Assembly: GCF_028641065.1 (NCBI RefSeq) | Contig: NC_073404.1 | Span: forward strand, 7,750,001-7,814,000 | Direction of reading: 5' to 3' | Length of the DNA: 64,000 nucleotides | From: Leucoraja erinacea | Lineage: Eukaryota | In this document: positions 11,254 to 23,791 of the stretch, piece by piece | How positions within the stretch are numbered: the stretch's first letter is position 1 | Layout: each line of letters starts with the position of its first letter | Notes under the pieces: generated by a model | Told to the model about the DNA's origin: nothing | The model's input: only the letters and a program-made list of their open reading frames with translations | Database searches by the model: none | Position numbers and translations under genes: made by a program

Positions 11254-12568
11254 ATGCCTATACAAAGTATGTTCGAGTACAGGCTGGTTGTTATTTTCAT
11301 AGAAGTGCTGTATGCATTAGCGCTGCATATGCATCAAAAACGCTTGCGTGAATGCAGAAGGGAGAGATTAATTACAAAGAGAATTAAGAGGAAGTCTCAC
11401 TGGATTAAGCCCATGTTTCAACGGAGATCTCAATTTGGACAATATGAGCAACTGCTTAATGTGCTGTGCGAAGAGGATAAAAGTGCATTCAAAAACTTTG
11501 TGAGAATTTCACCAGAGCTCTTTAATGAGTTAAAGTATAATTTGGGACCTCTGCTGAAGAAGAATGACACTGTAATGAGAAAGGCACTGGAACCAGGGTT
11601 ACGCATAGCAATCACCCTGCGCTACTTGGCCTCAGGCGATTCTTATAAAAGTCTGTCTTACAACTTTCTTGTCGCCACCACCACCATCAGTGGTATTGTC
11701 CGAGAAACCTGTGAGGCGATCATCCAATTTTATTCAGCTGAAGTGATGGAATGCCCCACTACACCAGATGCGTGGAAGAGAGTGGCGCTGGGGTTTGAAA
11801 ACAGGTAGAACTTTGTTGACACATGTGGGGCTTTGGATGGCAAGCATGTGGCAATTCGTAAACCACCCGGAGGTGGCTCAAATTATTTCAATTACAAGAA
11901 ATTCCACTCAATTGTACTCTTGGCGGTGGTTGATTATAACTACAACTTCCTGTATGTGGATGTGGGCACACCTGGAAGTGTTGGTGATGGCCGGATTTGG
12001 AAAGAAACTGGAAGGTGGAACAGCAGACATGCCTGATCCAGAACCTCTGCCAGGGGAAGACAGCCCGGACATCCCATATGCGATGGTTGCTGACGAAGCC
12101 TTTGCACTACGGCCGTGGATTATGAAGCCATATCCACAGAGGAATCTAACTAGGGAACAGAGGATCTTCAATTACAGGCTGTCAAGGGCCAGGAGGGTAG
12201 TAGAAAATGCTTTTGGCATCTTGGCAAACAGATTTAGATGCTTGCTCAAGAAAATGGAGCAGAAGCCCAAGAATGTGGAGAGTATAGTATATGCAGCACG
12301 TGTTCTGCACAACCTGATCCGAATGAGAGGTGCAGCTGCAGGATCAGCAACATCCACCCAGGACGGTGACGTGATGGACAGAGAAACAGGGGGAATAACA
12401 TTAGGTTCATGGAGAAGTGGTGCAGACAATGCGGAAATGGTGCCACTGCAGCGTTTCAAAGGTAACTGGGGAACATACAGTGTGAAAGAGCAAAGAGGCC
12501 GTCTCTGCGCTTACTACAATTCACAATTGGGGAGTGTGCCGTGGCAGGACAGCCACATTGATGGGTAG
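11254..12568 (+). pseudogene. PIF/Harbinger transposase, copy 3, disabled
   Basis: DDE motifs CGALDGKHV, VADEAFAL and VVENAFG are present. A nonsense TAG at 11806-11808 replaces Trp, and there is a frameshifting deletion near 12008. Confidence 0.93.
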
Positions 12569-13381
12569 CCGACCACAGAAACACTACTGCATGTTAGCAG
12601 AAATGCATAGCGATTAAGCTTACTTTCTAGTGTTGTCCTCTGAAAAGTGCATCCTATACGATGTCCGTCCGCAAAACCTGCCATTTAGCACATTGCATTG
12701 TCCCTTTTAATGCCTGAGTTTGGGTTGTTGCGGAGGTTAATGAATATAATGTGTTTAAAATAATCTAGCGTGCCTCATTTGTTGATTTTCGTGTTTGCGA
12801 GACAAATGTTTGGTGTGATGCACCTTCTCAAAATATGTGAAAGAAGTCATCTTTTTATATTGTCAAATAGCAATAAAGACTTTGTGTCACGTTTACCGTG
12901 CTGATTGGCTTATTTTATTTCCTACCGAGAGGTGAAACTTTCAAACGTTTTAAATAGCTGATCAATTGATGGACCTGAACACTCACAAATGAAAATAAAT
13001 GAAAATGTGATTATATCACCTCACTTCAACTATTTGGTGTTTCAGCATGAGAGGGATTATAACATTAGAGACATTCATGCTGTGGTGATGTGTTGATGAA
13101 GAATTGCAGACATCAAGCTGATAGTGAGAAATATATTTATTTAACAATGAGGTCAACAAACACTGACAATCAAACTGCTGAGGTAAAAGCTTTATCACAC
13201 TTCAGGTTATCATAAAATGTGGAGCCACCAACAGAATCAAAGTAATGCCCAAGAGTAAAATACACACATATTAACATACAGACATTTATAAAGGACTCTA
13301 GATGTCACACAAAATGTTGAGTGTCCAACAACTAAAATAAACCAAAACTAAAATGGTTACTTAAACACCACATTAATAATT

Positions 13382-15543
13382 CTAAAAGTCCGAGTCAGTG
13401 AAATAATCTGTCCCTTCTTGTGATGGTGTTTGTGCACAGCCCTCTCCGTAAAAAGGCAAAGGTGAATCTCTACCAGGCTGCTGCTCTGTAAACATCAGTG
13501 GTGATGATGAGTGTCTCTAGAAGGAAATTAAGAAGTACATGTGAAAATTTTCTCACCTACCATAAAATTGCGGGACCTTTCATTAAAGTCCCTTTTCAAC
13601 ATGCGAGTTATTTTCTTGAATCTCATTAAGATAACTCATGAATAATTTGTTGTTCATATGCGGATGGAAATCCTTATTTGTAAAATTCAATCCCACAAAA
13701 CACAATGGTTTACCTGTTCAGCACGGAATTGTGGCTGTGCTCCCATTGCACGCGGCATTCCATATGTCCTATCTGCATACTTTAGAATCACAGAGTGATG
13801 TATTAGTCAATGCATACAAAGAAGACAGATTATGAATTAGGTTTGGGAAGGACACATATATTTTTTAATACCTGGTGATAGAAGCGAGGCGGGCGAGGCT
13901 GAGGAACCACTGGACGCTGCGCCTCACATGCACGTGCTTTCATTAACTGCACAGACAACACCACACATTAAAACTATGTTGCTTTATGATGTGAGAAATG
14001 AACATTTTTACCAGAAACGCTGAATGAAGGGAAGAAGATTAGAATAGATCTATACCTTTTTATTTCGAAACGCGATTGCCCCATTGATCATAATCCATAT
14101 AAAATCCCAGTGATCTTCAGTTATTTCTTCTTCCATAATAACTTGACAGAAGTCTACTGCCCTCTGCGTTACGATGTTCGTTCTCAGGCGTCCTTCCTCC
14201 AACAACTGAATACCGTCTCGAACAGTGTCATTCAGCTGAAATTTCACAGCGCAAATATAAAACACAGCAAAATGCTGGGTGGGTGCATTGTCCAATAACC
14301 ATCAAGTTTATACACTCACACTTCTAATGATGTTTCCATCTGTCCCTTCTTCAGCACCTCCGGGTGTGGTGAGGTCAATACTGGAAATTTGCCTACTGCG
14401 GTGCTGTTGGCTGGTGGATGGCCTCGGCGTGGAAGTCCCTTCCACAGGATCATCGGACGCATGGTCAATGATGTGTTGTTCCTGTAGGAATCACATAAAA
14501 ACATTTAGACATAGTGTCCGGAGCCTCATGAACTCACAATTTTTTTGTATTAAAAGTACCTTGGGTGCGCTAGTCCTGGTCACTACAGGCACAATATGCC
14601 CTGGTAGGAACCGCCACTTCTCCTCGATCCACCTATTCCTCTCTGTCAGTGTGCTGCCAGCTGACCCTGTTTTGGTCCCAGGTGCAGTGACCTTTCCATA
14701 GATGGTCCTCTGATTTGTGGACCATTGCATGAGTTGGTCATCTGCATTAAAGTAGAGTGGTGGGATTACATAGAACTTCTAGAATTGGATGTCTTCCGTT
14801 ATATTAAAAGTTCTGGACAGTAAATAGAGGCCTGTTTAAGAGCCTGCCCTCCGCATTTAATGTGGTATTTCTTGTGCTTCTTGGATACCTGAGCACAAGT
14901 TTGTAAATACAGATAGCCTTTTTTAAGACAAGCATTACAAGTGAAAATTGCCCTCGTGCATAATTTATTTGATGGCTCTTGGAGACATGATTCCAACTTC
15001 AAACACAGAGGGTGTAAAAGCTGTCTGCGACTTTTTTACTTTGCAGCTGCAGGGCACAGACAGACTTATAAGAGAAGTTTAAGTTAACTACAAAAATAGC
15101 ACTTTTACATCTATAGCAATGTGTGTTTTTAAATCATGGATAACATTAAATGGTTTTCCTGTTGATGTACTAATATATCGTTATATATACTCACATGAGC
15201 ACCCGGGATACTCCGCGGCCTTTGTCTCCAGCAGGTTCGTTTTTTTCTCCCTGTTTCTGTAATCCTCTCTGGATTTATCGTAAAAAATTTTGTTGCATTG
15301 GTACCATTCTACAAGTTCCCCCTCTTGTTCCCTGGTGAAGTTATATGGCCTTACCTTCTGCCATCTTCCCTTTATATACGCGTCTGTTGAGGCTATTCCT
15401 ACAACGGCTACTGGGGAGGCCATCTGAAATCCACCTTGCTCACCCTCTCCCTGCTCCAAGGAGCCCACAGGCAGGGTTATCTGTGGCATCTCCTGTTGCC
15501 TCTCCACCCGTCTCTCTTGCTGCGTCTCCTCATTCTCCTGCAT
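13382..15543 (-). CDS. Intact spliced MADF/Myb-SANT-like DNA-binding protein gene (Harbinger second ORF), 382 aa
   Basis: Exons 15543-15195, 14741-14560, 14481-14320, 14235-14056, 13946-13872, 13779-13714 and 13516-13382. All introns are GT-AG, phases are compatible, and the 1149-nt CDS has no internal stop. MADF-like segment: FTREQEGELVEWYQCNKIFYDKSREDYRNREKK...LMQWSTNQRTIYGK...W..EKWRFL. The start codon is less certain. Confidence 0.72.
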
Positions 15544-15702
15544 GGCAAAAACCTTTCTGTCATGCTTTATCCCCTTTCTTTGAGCTTTTTTTCTCTGCAA
15601 GTGTTCCAGTGAAAAAGATTCCCCAACAATGACAATGAGGTGGGACGTCCTCGATGGACACATGGTCCATTGGCGATATTGAGAACATCTTTTTTACTCA
15701 CC

Positions 15703-16499
15703 TTATAACCATATAACAATTACAGCACGGAAACAGGCCATCTCGACCCTTCTAGTCCGTGCCGAACACATAATCTCCCCTAGTCCCATATACCTGCGCT
15801 CAGACCATAACCCTCCATTCCCTTCCCATCCATATAACTATCCAATTTATTTTTAAATGATAAAAACGAACCTGCCTCCACCACCTTCACTGGAAGCTCA
15901 TTCCACACAGCTACCACTCTCTGAGTAAAGAAGTTCCCCCTCATGTTACCCTTAAACTTCTGTCCCTTAATTCTCATGTCATGTCCCCTTGTTTGAATCT
16001 TCCCTACTCTCAGTGGGAAAAGCTTTTCCACGTCAACTCTGTCTATCCCTCTCATCATTTTAAAAACCTCTATCAAGTCCTCCCTTAACCTTCTGCGCTC
16101 CAAAGAATAAAGCCCTAACTTGTTCAACCTTTCTCTGTAACTTAGTTGCTGAAACCCAGGCAACATTCTAGTAAATCTCCTCTGTACTCTCTCTATTTTG
16201 TTGACATCCTTCCTATAATTAGGCGACCAAAATCGTACACCATACTCCAGAATTGGCCTCACCAATGCCTTGTACAATTTTAACATTACATCCCAACTTC
16301 TATACTCAATGCTCTGATTTATAAAGGCCAGCACACCAAAAGCTTTCTTTACCACCCTATCTACATGAGATTCCACTTTCAGGGAACTGTGCACAGTTAT
16401 TCCCAGATCCTTCTGTTCACCTACATTCTTCAATTCCCTACCATTTACCATGTACGTCCTATTTTGATTTGTCCTGCCAAGATGTAGCACCTCACACTT
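15703..16499 (-). mobile_element. 5'-truncated CR1 LINE (RT C-terminus plus 3' tail)
   Basis: ORF 15780-16559 contains KCEVLHLG...LVRPILEY...WSP...ERVQRRFTRM; TTATATGG tail at 15703-15720. Confidence 0.92.
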
Positions 16500-17071
16500 T
16501 CTGTCCCTCTGTCCAGCTTCCGGGTTCGCCGTTCGCTGGAGTTCCCACGGTAAACGCAAGAGTTATTACGGATATCGCACTGGCCACTATGTCCATATAA
16601 TGTTTCAATGTTCAACCACAAGTGTACAAGTCCCTTAATTCTCTTGCTTGAATTTTCTCCCGAGTCACCAAGTTACACGAGTAACTGTCGTTAGCGCCAC
16701 GGTGGTCCACGAATGCCGTACGGTTATCGTATGAGGTTCCAACGATGTTCAACTCTGGTTACCTTTTGCGTCAAGTTGCCCCGTGAGAAAGCACTATAAG
16801 AGTACCCACGAGGTATAACGGTAAACTCATGGGCTGCTATGGTTTAACTACGAGTTAAAAAGCATCAAATTTTTCCTTCACGAGTATATTTTACTCGTGG
16901 AAATTTCTCAACATGTTGAAAATTTTTCACGAGTTACCACTTTTCCCGACTACCTGCTGTTAGCGTTACGAGCAGCTAAGAGACATCCACGAGCTCCGAT
17001 GTTCCCACTACGTTCATTCTACGTGCTTACCACAAGTTTGATTTTGTTTTTAACTCGGGAGAGCTCTTGGG

Positions 17072-17178
17072 TGAACTCGCACCGTGGGACAGGGCTTTGA
17101 GTCAAGGGCAAACTCGGCAGAGGTCGTGAATTAGGTCGTGAAAGTGGGACAGGCCCTTAAGTGAGACAGGCCCTTTAA
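17072..17178. repeat. Three stacked Harbinger right-end TIRs
   Basis: GTGGGACAGGGCTT (to 17097), AAAGTGGGACAGGCCCT+TAA (17141-17160) and GTGAGACAGGCCCT+TTA (17161-17177). Confidence 0.85.
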
Positions 17179-17244
17179 TTGTCTGCCTGCAAGAAAATCC
17201 AAGAGGTACTGCAGACAAACAAAGTAGGAACTTTAAAAAAAAAT

Positions 17245-18220
17245 AGTTCCTGCTCTAGATGTCAACTGATCTACATCGGTGAGACCAAGCGTAGGCTTGG
17301 CGATCGTTTCGCCAAACACCTCCGCTCGGTCCTCAATAACCAATCTTATCTACCGGTGGCTCAGCACTTCAACTCCCCCTCCCATTCTGAATCCGAACTT
17401 TCTGCCCTTAGGCTGTGGGCCGAGCATCAAAAATGTGTCTAGAAATAGGATTTTGTGACCCAAGTCACCAAACTACATGAGATTTTCACATATTGTGTAA
17501 AAATCTTTATATAAATCACCCCTGAAACTCGATATGAAGAAGACTTGCACATTTTTTATTAAATTAGAGAAAAAACGGAAAAATGTCGGGTATTTTTTAG
17601 TCCAATCAAAGCACATTTAACATTGAGTTGTCTGCCAGTTGGCCAATCACGCGCTTTGTTTCAGGCTAGCACACAACATGGCTGAGGGGGCTTCACAAAT
17701 GCCTGTTTTACTGGAGATTCCAATGTGTTGTTCTGTGGAATAAATGTCGTGGAAACCTGCAGCAGGTTAATTGTATTTAGTGGGAAAAGCATTAAAAAGG
17801 CTGAAGAAAGTGCTGCGAAGTGGATTAGTGCAAGAAAGCCTTCAAATTCCCTGCTGATGTGCTGGAACATTTGGGTCATGAAACTGCAGAATAAAGCTCC
17901 TCGGCCCACAGCCTACCTGGGCCACCTCCACCGCCAGAGTGAGGACCACCGGAAATTGGAGGAGCAGCAGCTCATATTCCGCTTGGGCAGTTTGCACCCT
18001 AGCGGCAAGAACATTGACCTCCAATTTCCGGTAGCCCTCACTGTCTCCTCCCCTTCTCAGCTCTCCCTCAGGCCACGGGCTCCTCCACTTCCTTTCTTCT
18101 TCCCCCCCCCCCCCAATCCTACATCAGCCTGAAGAAGGGTTTTGTCCCGAAACGTCACCCATTTCCTTTGCTCCATAGATGCTGCCACACCCACTGAGTT
18201 TCTCCAGCACTTTTGTCTAA
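17245..18220 (+). mobile_element. Penelope-like element 3' part (GIY-YIG), split by a MITE
   Basis: CSRCQLIYIGETKRRLGDRFAKHL peptide; resumes at 17916 and ends in the pLTR motif CTGAAGAAGGG...CCCGAAACGTC. Confidence 0.85.
17409..17915. mobile_element. Non-autonomous DNA transposon, possibly Academ-like
   Basis: Perfect 16-bp TIR TAGGCTGTGGGCCGAG / CTCGGCCCACAGCCTA; 3-bp TSD CCT. Superfamily inferred only from the TAG..CTA ends and TSD length. Confidence 0.75.
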
Positions 18221-18297
18221 AAAAAGAGCCTGTTTTAATTGCCTGCTTGCCCACAAGAGAATGGAAGAGCTACTGCAGTCAATAAAAGTAGGTACTT

Positions 18298-18700
18298 ACA
18301 GGTACGGTCAGGGAACTCCTTGGCCTTGTTCTGCAGTAATGTGGGCTTCCACTCTTCCAGGCCTCCCTCTTGCTCCCTGCTGAAGGTATTAGGCAAAACC
18401 TTCCTTCTGTCCTTCTTCACTTCCATTGAGGCATTGGTGTCTGATGCTGTGTCTGGGTCAGCTTTAATTGATGCAGTAACAGCAGCAGTGCCTGGATTGT
18501 TGGTTTGAGGGAGGCCAGTCCCAGGTGGGGTGGTGGTGGGGTCAAGGCCTACCTCCATGGAGGCATCCTCCAGGGCTGCCTCCTTCAGGGCATTCTCCAC
18601 CTGTGCCATCTCTCCACCATCTCCACCTGCCTGGTGGGTGGTGATGGGGGTTGTGTGTTGCCCCTGCGTTGAACCTTCCTTCTCCTGGGAGCCATGTTCC
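18298..18700 (-). pseudogene. First coding exon of a MADF-like partner gene with an internal deletion
   Basis: RKVLPNTFSREQEGGLEEW...LLQNKAKEFPDRT matches QKVRPYNFTREQEGELVEW...LLETKAAEYPGCS, with the same GTAAGT donor position. Confidence 0.7.
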
Positions 18701-19636
18701 ACCGTCTGATCTCTTAGGGGGGGGGAAAAACGAAATGGCCGCTCACAAGAGGTGGAGCTGTTTATACATGCCTTATTTTTTGCAATGAGCCAATGAAAAT
18801 CCCGGTCAGCAAACAAAGGCTTTGAACTAAAGTACCCACGACCACCCACGAGTACCCACGACCACACACGAGTATCCGGTGAAAGATATGCAAATAAGTA
18901 TGGATGACAAAGGAAACAGGCAATTGTTAGCTGTGGGCCAGGTGAGATCAAGTACAGATAATGAGACTAGACCAGCCCACGTTGTTCTTACATTTCTCCA
19001 GTACCTTCTGCGACCACTCTAGACGGCCCTGCGTTTAACGTGTCCGCTCCTTTCCTCCACGTCTCCCACTTCTCAACATACTGTCCACTCTCGGGGCCAC
19101 AATGCAATCACATACAAGCCGCCGGCGCCCCCTTGGTTGGCCTGGGGGCAGTTCTTTAATGACCCCCAACCCCCCTCATTTTTAGTTGCGCTTCAAATTA
19201 TTCATTCACGCTCACACATGGACAAAAAAATCCACTCTAACCCAAAGTGTCCGCTTCCCCACTCTTACACGCCCTCCTTTCTGTGCTCAACGTGGGTCCC
19301 GGCTACAGGTCCCCAGTCCCAGGCTCGAACCCCTGACCGCCAAGGCTCGACCTTGTCCGTGGGAACCGGGCACAGGCGCCTCGTCCAAGACTCGAACCTC
19401 CCACTGCCGTGGCTTTCCCGGCGGGACCCTGTAACTTACAGGGGTTGCGAACCTCCTGTCACCATTGCTATTCTCTCGTTATTCGCCCCCCCCCACACAC
19501 AATTGCTACTTACTTTCTCCGTTTCTCTCTCTCCTTCTCTCTCTATATATGAGGGTGTATAAATATACCTCTAACTCTCTCTCGTATACACCTCTCTATA
19601 ATCCTCTCCACTTTCTCTCTGTCTCTCTCATGTACA

Positions 19637-19669
<33 letters not shown>

Positions 19670-19828
19670 GCGGCGACCAAACTGATGATGTACCTCCACT
19701 ACTCCACACGGGAAGAAATCTGCGTCCAGCCACAGTCTCGGTCCCACCTGCTCAAACCTGAGCTGTCGCGGTCTCGGGACCGATCCGACGCCGCGGCTCG
19801 ACTCCGTTTTCCCGGACAGCGAAGCTAA
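18471..19828. repeat. Local direct duplication, copy 2 (partner 9676-10956)
   Basis: Colinear with copy 1 and retains the empty TAA site at 19826-19828. Confidence 0.92.
19224..19494 (-). ncRNA. Candidate structured non-coding RNA (unidentified), copy 2
   Basis: Same as 10413-10681 except C10533/G19344 and the length of the terminal C-run. Confidence 0.3.
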
Positions 19829-19916
19829 AGGTTCGCCATCTCGGCGGAAGCTCCAAGAAACCTGTGGTCGCAGATGCACCGGACTCTGACAGCTTGCATT
19901 TGTTTTCCAGACACAC

Positions 19917-19922
19917 TTTATT
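19917..19922 (-). terminator. GLOD4: Possible GLOD4 polyadenylation signal
   Basis: AATAAA on the minus strand about 1.95 kb downstream of the stop codon; usage unverified. Confidence 0.35.
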
Positions 19923-21872
19923 TACTCGCGCACATGGACAGCAGCAAATATACTGGTATCTTTGGACAGCAGCACAGTCCCAGTCACCGCACTGCTCTCA
20001 AAATTCTACTCAGAAATGCCCAATGCAATTGTAGTTGTACACTGTCTATCAGCTAATGGAATTACCAATCAGGGTCTATTCTGATAAGTCGCATCAAGTC
20101 TACTCGCCATTCAATCATGGCTGATCTATCTCTCCCTCCTAACCCCATTCTCCTGACTTCTCCCTATAACCTCTGACACCCGCGTTAACCAAGAATCTGT
20201 CTCTGCCTTAAGTGTTAATAACCAATTAAAATTACATTCTAATAACTAATGTTAATATATTCTTGAAGTATTAGTAAACCAAGCTACATGCTACGTTATT
20301 GTTTGTTTAGTCTAGTCGGAGGAGGGGAAGCTACACTTGAATCTTAGAGCAGAGAGACCGCCAAGGTGTTGTGTGGGATGGTGCAGAGACAGACTCCCAA
20401 GTTTGTAGTTCCCATAGGAAAGTGGGTGAGGTGTGTCAAGGCTGTTGTGAAGCCTGTTGCAGAGAATCCCAGGGTTTCTGTGTTCAGTGAAGCTTCAACT
20501 AGCTCCTTGCCCCTTCTGTGTGGGTGAATGGTAGGATCTGGGAAAAGTGGATAGGTATGGAGGGCAATGCTTCCACACCTCAAAAAAAAAAAATTCCTGA
20601 AATAGAATCCCAAATTTCCTGGAATTTAATGGTATTTCCTGATATTTTCAAAATGGTTCGTGCGTGCTATTTGTTGGTTTTTTTTTGCGGGCACAACACA
20701 AAGAAGAACAAGGCAAAACACATCTATGTAAATACACTGTATCTACCTGCTTGTTACTCACTTGTACAGTGTTATGCATGGCAGCTTTCGTTGCCTCCAA
20801 CGGCTTTCGTTATCATTGTTTTTTCAACCTGCTCTCATGTCTCAGTCTCTGCTCTCTCCCTCCCTCTCTGTCTCACCCTCCCTCATCCCCCCCTTCCATC
20901 CCTCCCCCTTTCCCTCCCATCCGCTCTCCATTCCTCCTTCTTCCTCCCTCCTTCTCCCTCTCTCCCTCCCCTTTCCATCCTCTCCCTCTCTCCCCCCTCC
21001 CACTCTGTCCCTTGAGTAAAATCAAGGCCAATCCCAATGTTAAATCTGAACCCCCTGAATCCATCTAATCTCTGTCAGGTATGGAGGAAACATAGAAAAT
21101 AGGTGCAGGAGTAGGTCATTCGGCCCTTCAAGCCTGCACGGCCATTCAATGTGATCAGGACAATTTGACCTTTAAATGTCCAGACTTGACTCCTCTTTCT
21201 TCCCAAATTCAAGGACTCAGCTCTGCATTCAAGAGCAATGCATCCACACGGTGCGGGCTGCAGCAAGTTTCACACTTGTGTTCCTCACTGCATTCATGGG
21301 AACGTGTACAATGACTCGGTCACCTGCATTTACCATCCCCTCGTTCACCCTCAGAGGCGCAATAACCCAACGTGACCCTCCATTGCCTCCAAACTGCCCC
21401 TTCCTCTGCGTCCCTCCCAACAGATTCCCATTCCCAACGGCAGCAATAAAGGACACAAAGGCAAGACACTTGGTGGGAAGTAATGACTTTGGTTTAAGTG
21501 AGACATGAAGTACACAGAAAAGGGGCTGGATGTAAAGTTGGACTCATTCGCTCTACAATCTCCGAGCAAAACCCCCAAAAAAAGAACAGGACCCCAAAGA
21601 GCCCACCCAATGGCCACCACTGACAATGGTCCAGATCAACGAAATAAGGCAACGGTTCCGACAGTAACAAAAAGCAGAAACAACCATGTCAACATTGCCA
21701 CCAACACTAAATGTAAATGGCCTGCATTGTCAGGCAGGGCAGACGATAGGTAGGAGCAGGTCAATTTGCTTCCAAGAATGTTGTTGGTGTTGGAAGTCAA
21801 AGAAAAGAGTCCCGCGGTAAAAATCACACTGGACGATGGATGGGGTGTGTGTCCGAGCCACTCCGGCCTCCA

Positions 21873-21938
21873 TCACGCCAACGGCTTATGCTGACGATTC
21901 TGCACGAACCATTGGGTGCTAGTGTCTGCTGTTATGGC
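21873..21938 (-). CDS. GLOD4: Glyoxalase domain-containing protein 4, exon 9
   Basis: tttacag acceptor; AITADTSTQWFVQNRQHKPLA*; 66 nt. Confidence 0.88.
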   Translation of the reverse strand, partial: AITADTSTQWFVQNRQHKPLA

Positions 21939-22033
21939 CTGTAAAGAGTAAAGCAAGGGTCACCGAATGCAAGAGTTGGGATGTTACAAAACACGTTAGA
22001 TCACAATTGTGTGCAGTTCTGGTCACACCTCTA

Positions 22034-23445
22034 GGGTGGCATGGTGGCGCAGTGATAAGAGATGCTGCCTTACAGCGCCAGAGATCCGGATTCCAACCTG
22101 ACTACAAGCGCGGTCTGTACGGATGTTGTACATTCTCCGTGTGTCTGCGTGGGTTTTCTCCGGGTGCTCCGGTGTATTCCCAGACTCCAAAGACCTACAG
22201 GCTTGTTGGTTAGTTGGCTTGGTATAATTGTAAATTGTCCCTAGTGTGTGTATGATACAGCGTGGAAACAGGCCCTTGGGACCGCCGAGTCCGCGCCGAC
22301 CAGCGATTCCCGCACACTTACACTACCCTACACACATGGTGGCGCAGCGAGTTCCTGCCTTGCAGCGCTTGCAGCACCGGAGACCCGGGTTCGACACCGA
22401 CCATGGGTGCTGTCTGTATGGAATTTTATATGTTCTCCTCGAGGCCATGTGGGTTTTTTTCTGAGATCTTCGGTTTCCTCCCACACTCCAAAGACGTACT
22501 GGTTTGTAGATTTATTGGCTTGGTATAGGTGTAAGTTGACCCTAGTGTGTGTAGGATAGTGTCAAGGTGCAGGGATCACTGGTCGAATGCGGACTCGGTG
22601 GGCCGAACGGCCTGTTTCTGCGATGTATGTCTAAACTGAACTAAACACACTAGGGACAATTTACAATTATACCAAGGCCAATTAGCGCACAAACCTGTAC
22701 GTCTTTGAAGTGTGGGAGGAAACCAGAGATCCCGGAGAGAACCCACGAAGGTCATGGGGAGAATATCCAAACTCCGTACAGACAAGCACTTGTAGTCAGG
22801 CTCAAACCCGGGTCTCTGGCGCTGTAAGGAAGTAACTCTACCGCTGTGCCACCCTGCTGGAAATCTTGATATTTCATTAAAGTTTGTTGCTGGAGAAAAA
22901 CGGCCATAGGGAATAGGGGTAGAATTCGGCTATTCGGCCCATCAAGTCTACTCCACCATTCAATCATGGCTGATCTATCTCTCCCTCCTCACCCCATTCT
23001 CCTGCCTTCTCCCCATAACCCCTGACACTGGCTGTGTGGAGTGTGACAGTATCTATCTCCAAGTGCACCTGAAGCGGTTTGCTGGGGAAACTGACAAGGC
23101 AGCCTCTCAAACCTGCCTTGGACCAGCAGCTGTAGTACATATTATCACCGGTTGAGAGAAAGTATCCCATGGGAATATATCTCCCCTTATAACATGGGAT
23201 TCAATGGGAAATAGGGTTTTCCAATATGGAAAATTGCGATCGACAGTATTGATTCATTGAAAGATACAGCATGGAAACAGGGCCACCGACTCCACACCGA
23301 CCACCGACCACCCGCATAATTTCCAGAAGTCAATTAACCTACAAACCTGCGCATCTTTGGAATGTGGGAGGGAACCGGAGTGCCCGGAGAAACCCCATGC
23401 GGTCACAGGGAGAACGGACAAACTCCACACCCAGACAGCGCCCGA
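22034..23445. mobile_element. Cluster of tRNA-derived V-SINEs (HE1/Ras1-like) in both orientations
   Basis: GGTGGCGCAG A-box, GGTTCGA B-box and CCGGTTTCCTCCCACA core; copies at about 22034-22250(+), 22338-22645(+), 22650-22852(-) and 23260-23445(-). Confidence 0.85.
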
Positions 23446-23791
23446 AATAAAGAGAATGGTGCATCTCAACTGGAGGCGTAATTACTGTCCCTGGTGGCTG
23501 GGCCGGTGGTGTGTGCAGATCTAACGTTAACAAGTACAAATCCTAATTCAGAAGGAGATGGTGTATCATTTAACATTGCAGCCTGACCTAACAACAGGTC
23601 CACAGACAGCACCCAAGGTGAGGATCGAGCCCGGGTCTCTGGCGCTGTGACACAGCAGCTCCACCAGCTGCTGCCGCCCCTAATGAATGACGGCAGGAAG
23701 GTGAAGAAAGTCTCTGTTGTAGTGTTTTTGCTGCCCCTCAGGGCCGAGTTTGCACTGTGAACGAGGCGAGGCTCGAGGTGGTGGTACTCAC

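Larger units (their letters stand above)
10957..17097 (+). mobile_element. Harbinger family A element with convergent transposase and MADF-like genes (possibly chimeric)
   Basis: Degenerate left TIR after TAA (10954-10956), with the empty site GAAGC-TAA-AGG at 19821-19831. Right TIR CACCGTGGGACAGGGCTT ends at 17097. The flanking target sequences do not match each other. Confidence 0.75.

Noticed and set aside
258-12568. Host HARBI1 gene
   Set aside because: Three disrupted copies bounded by TIRs indicate transposon transposases rather than the domesticated single-copy gene.
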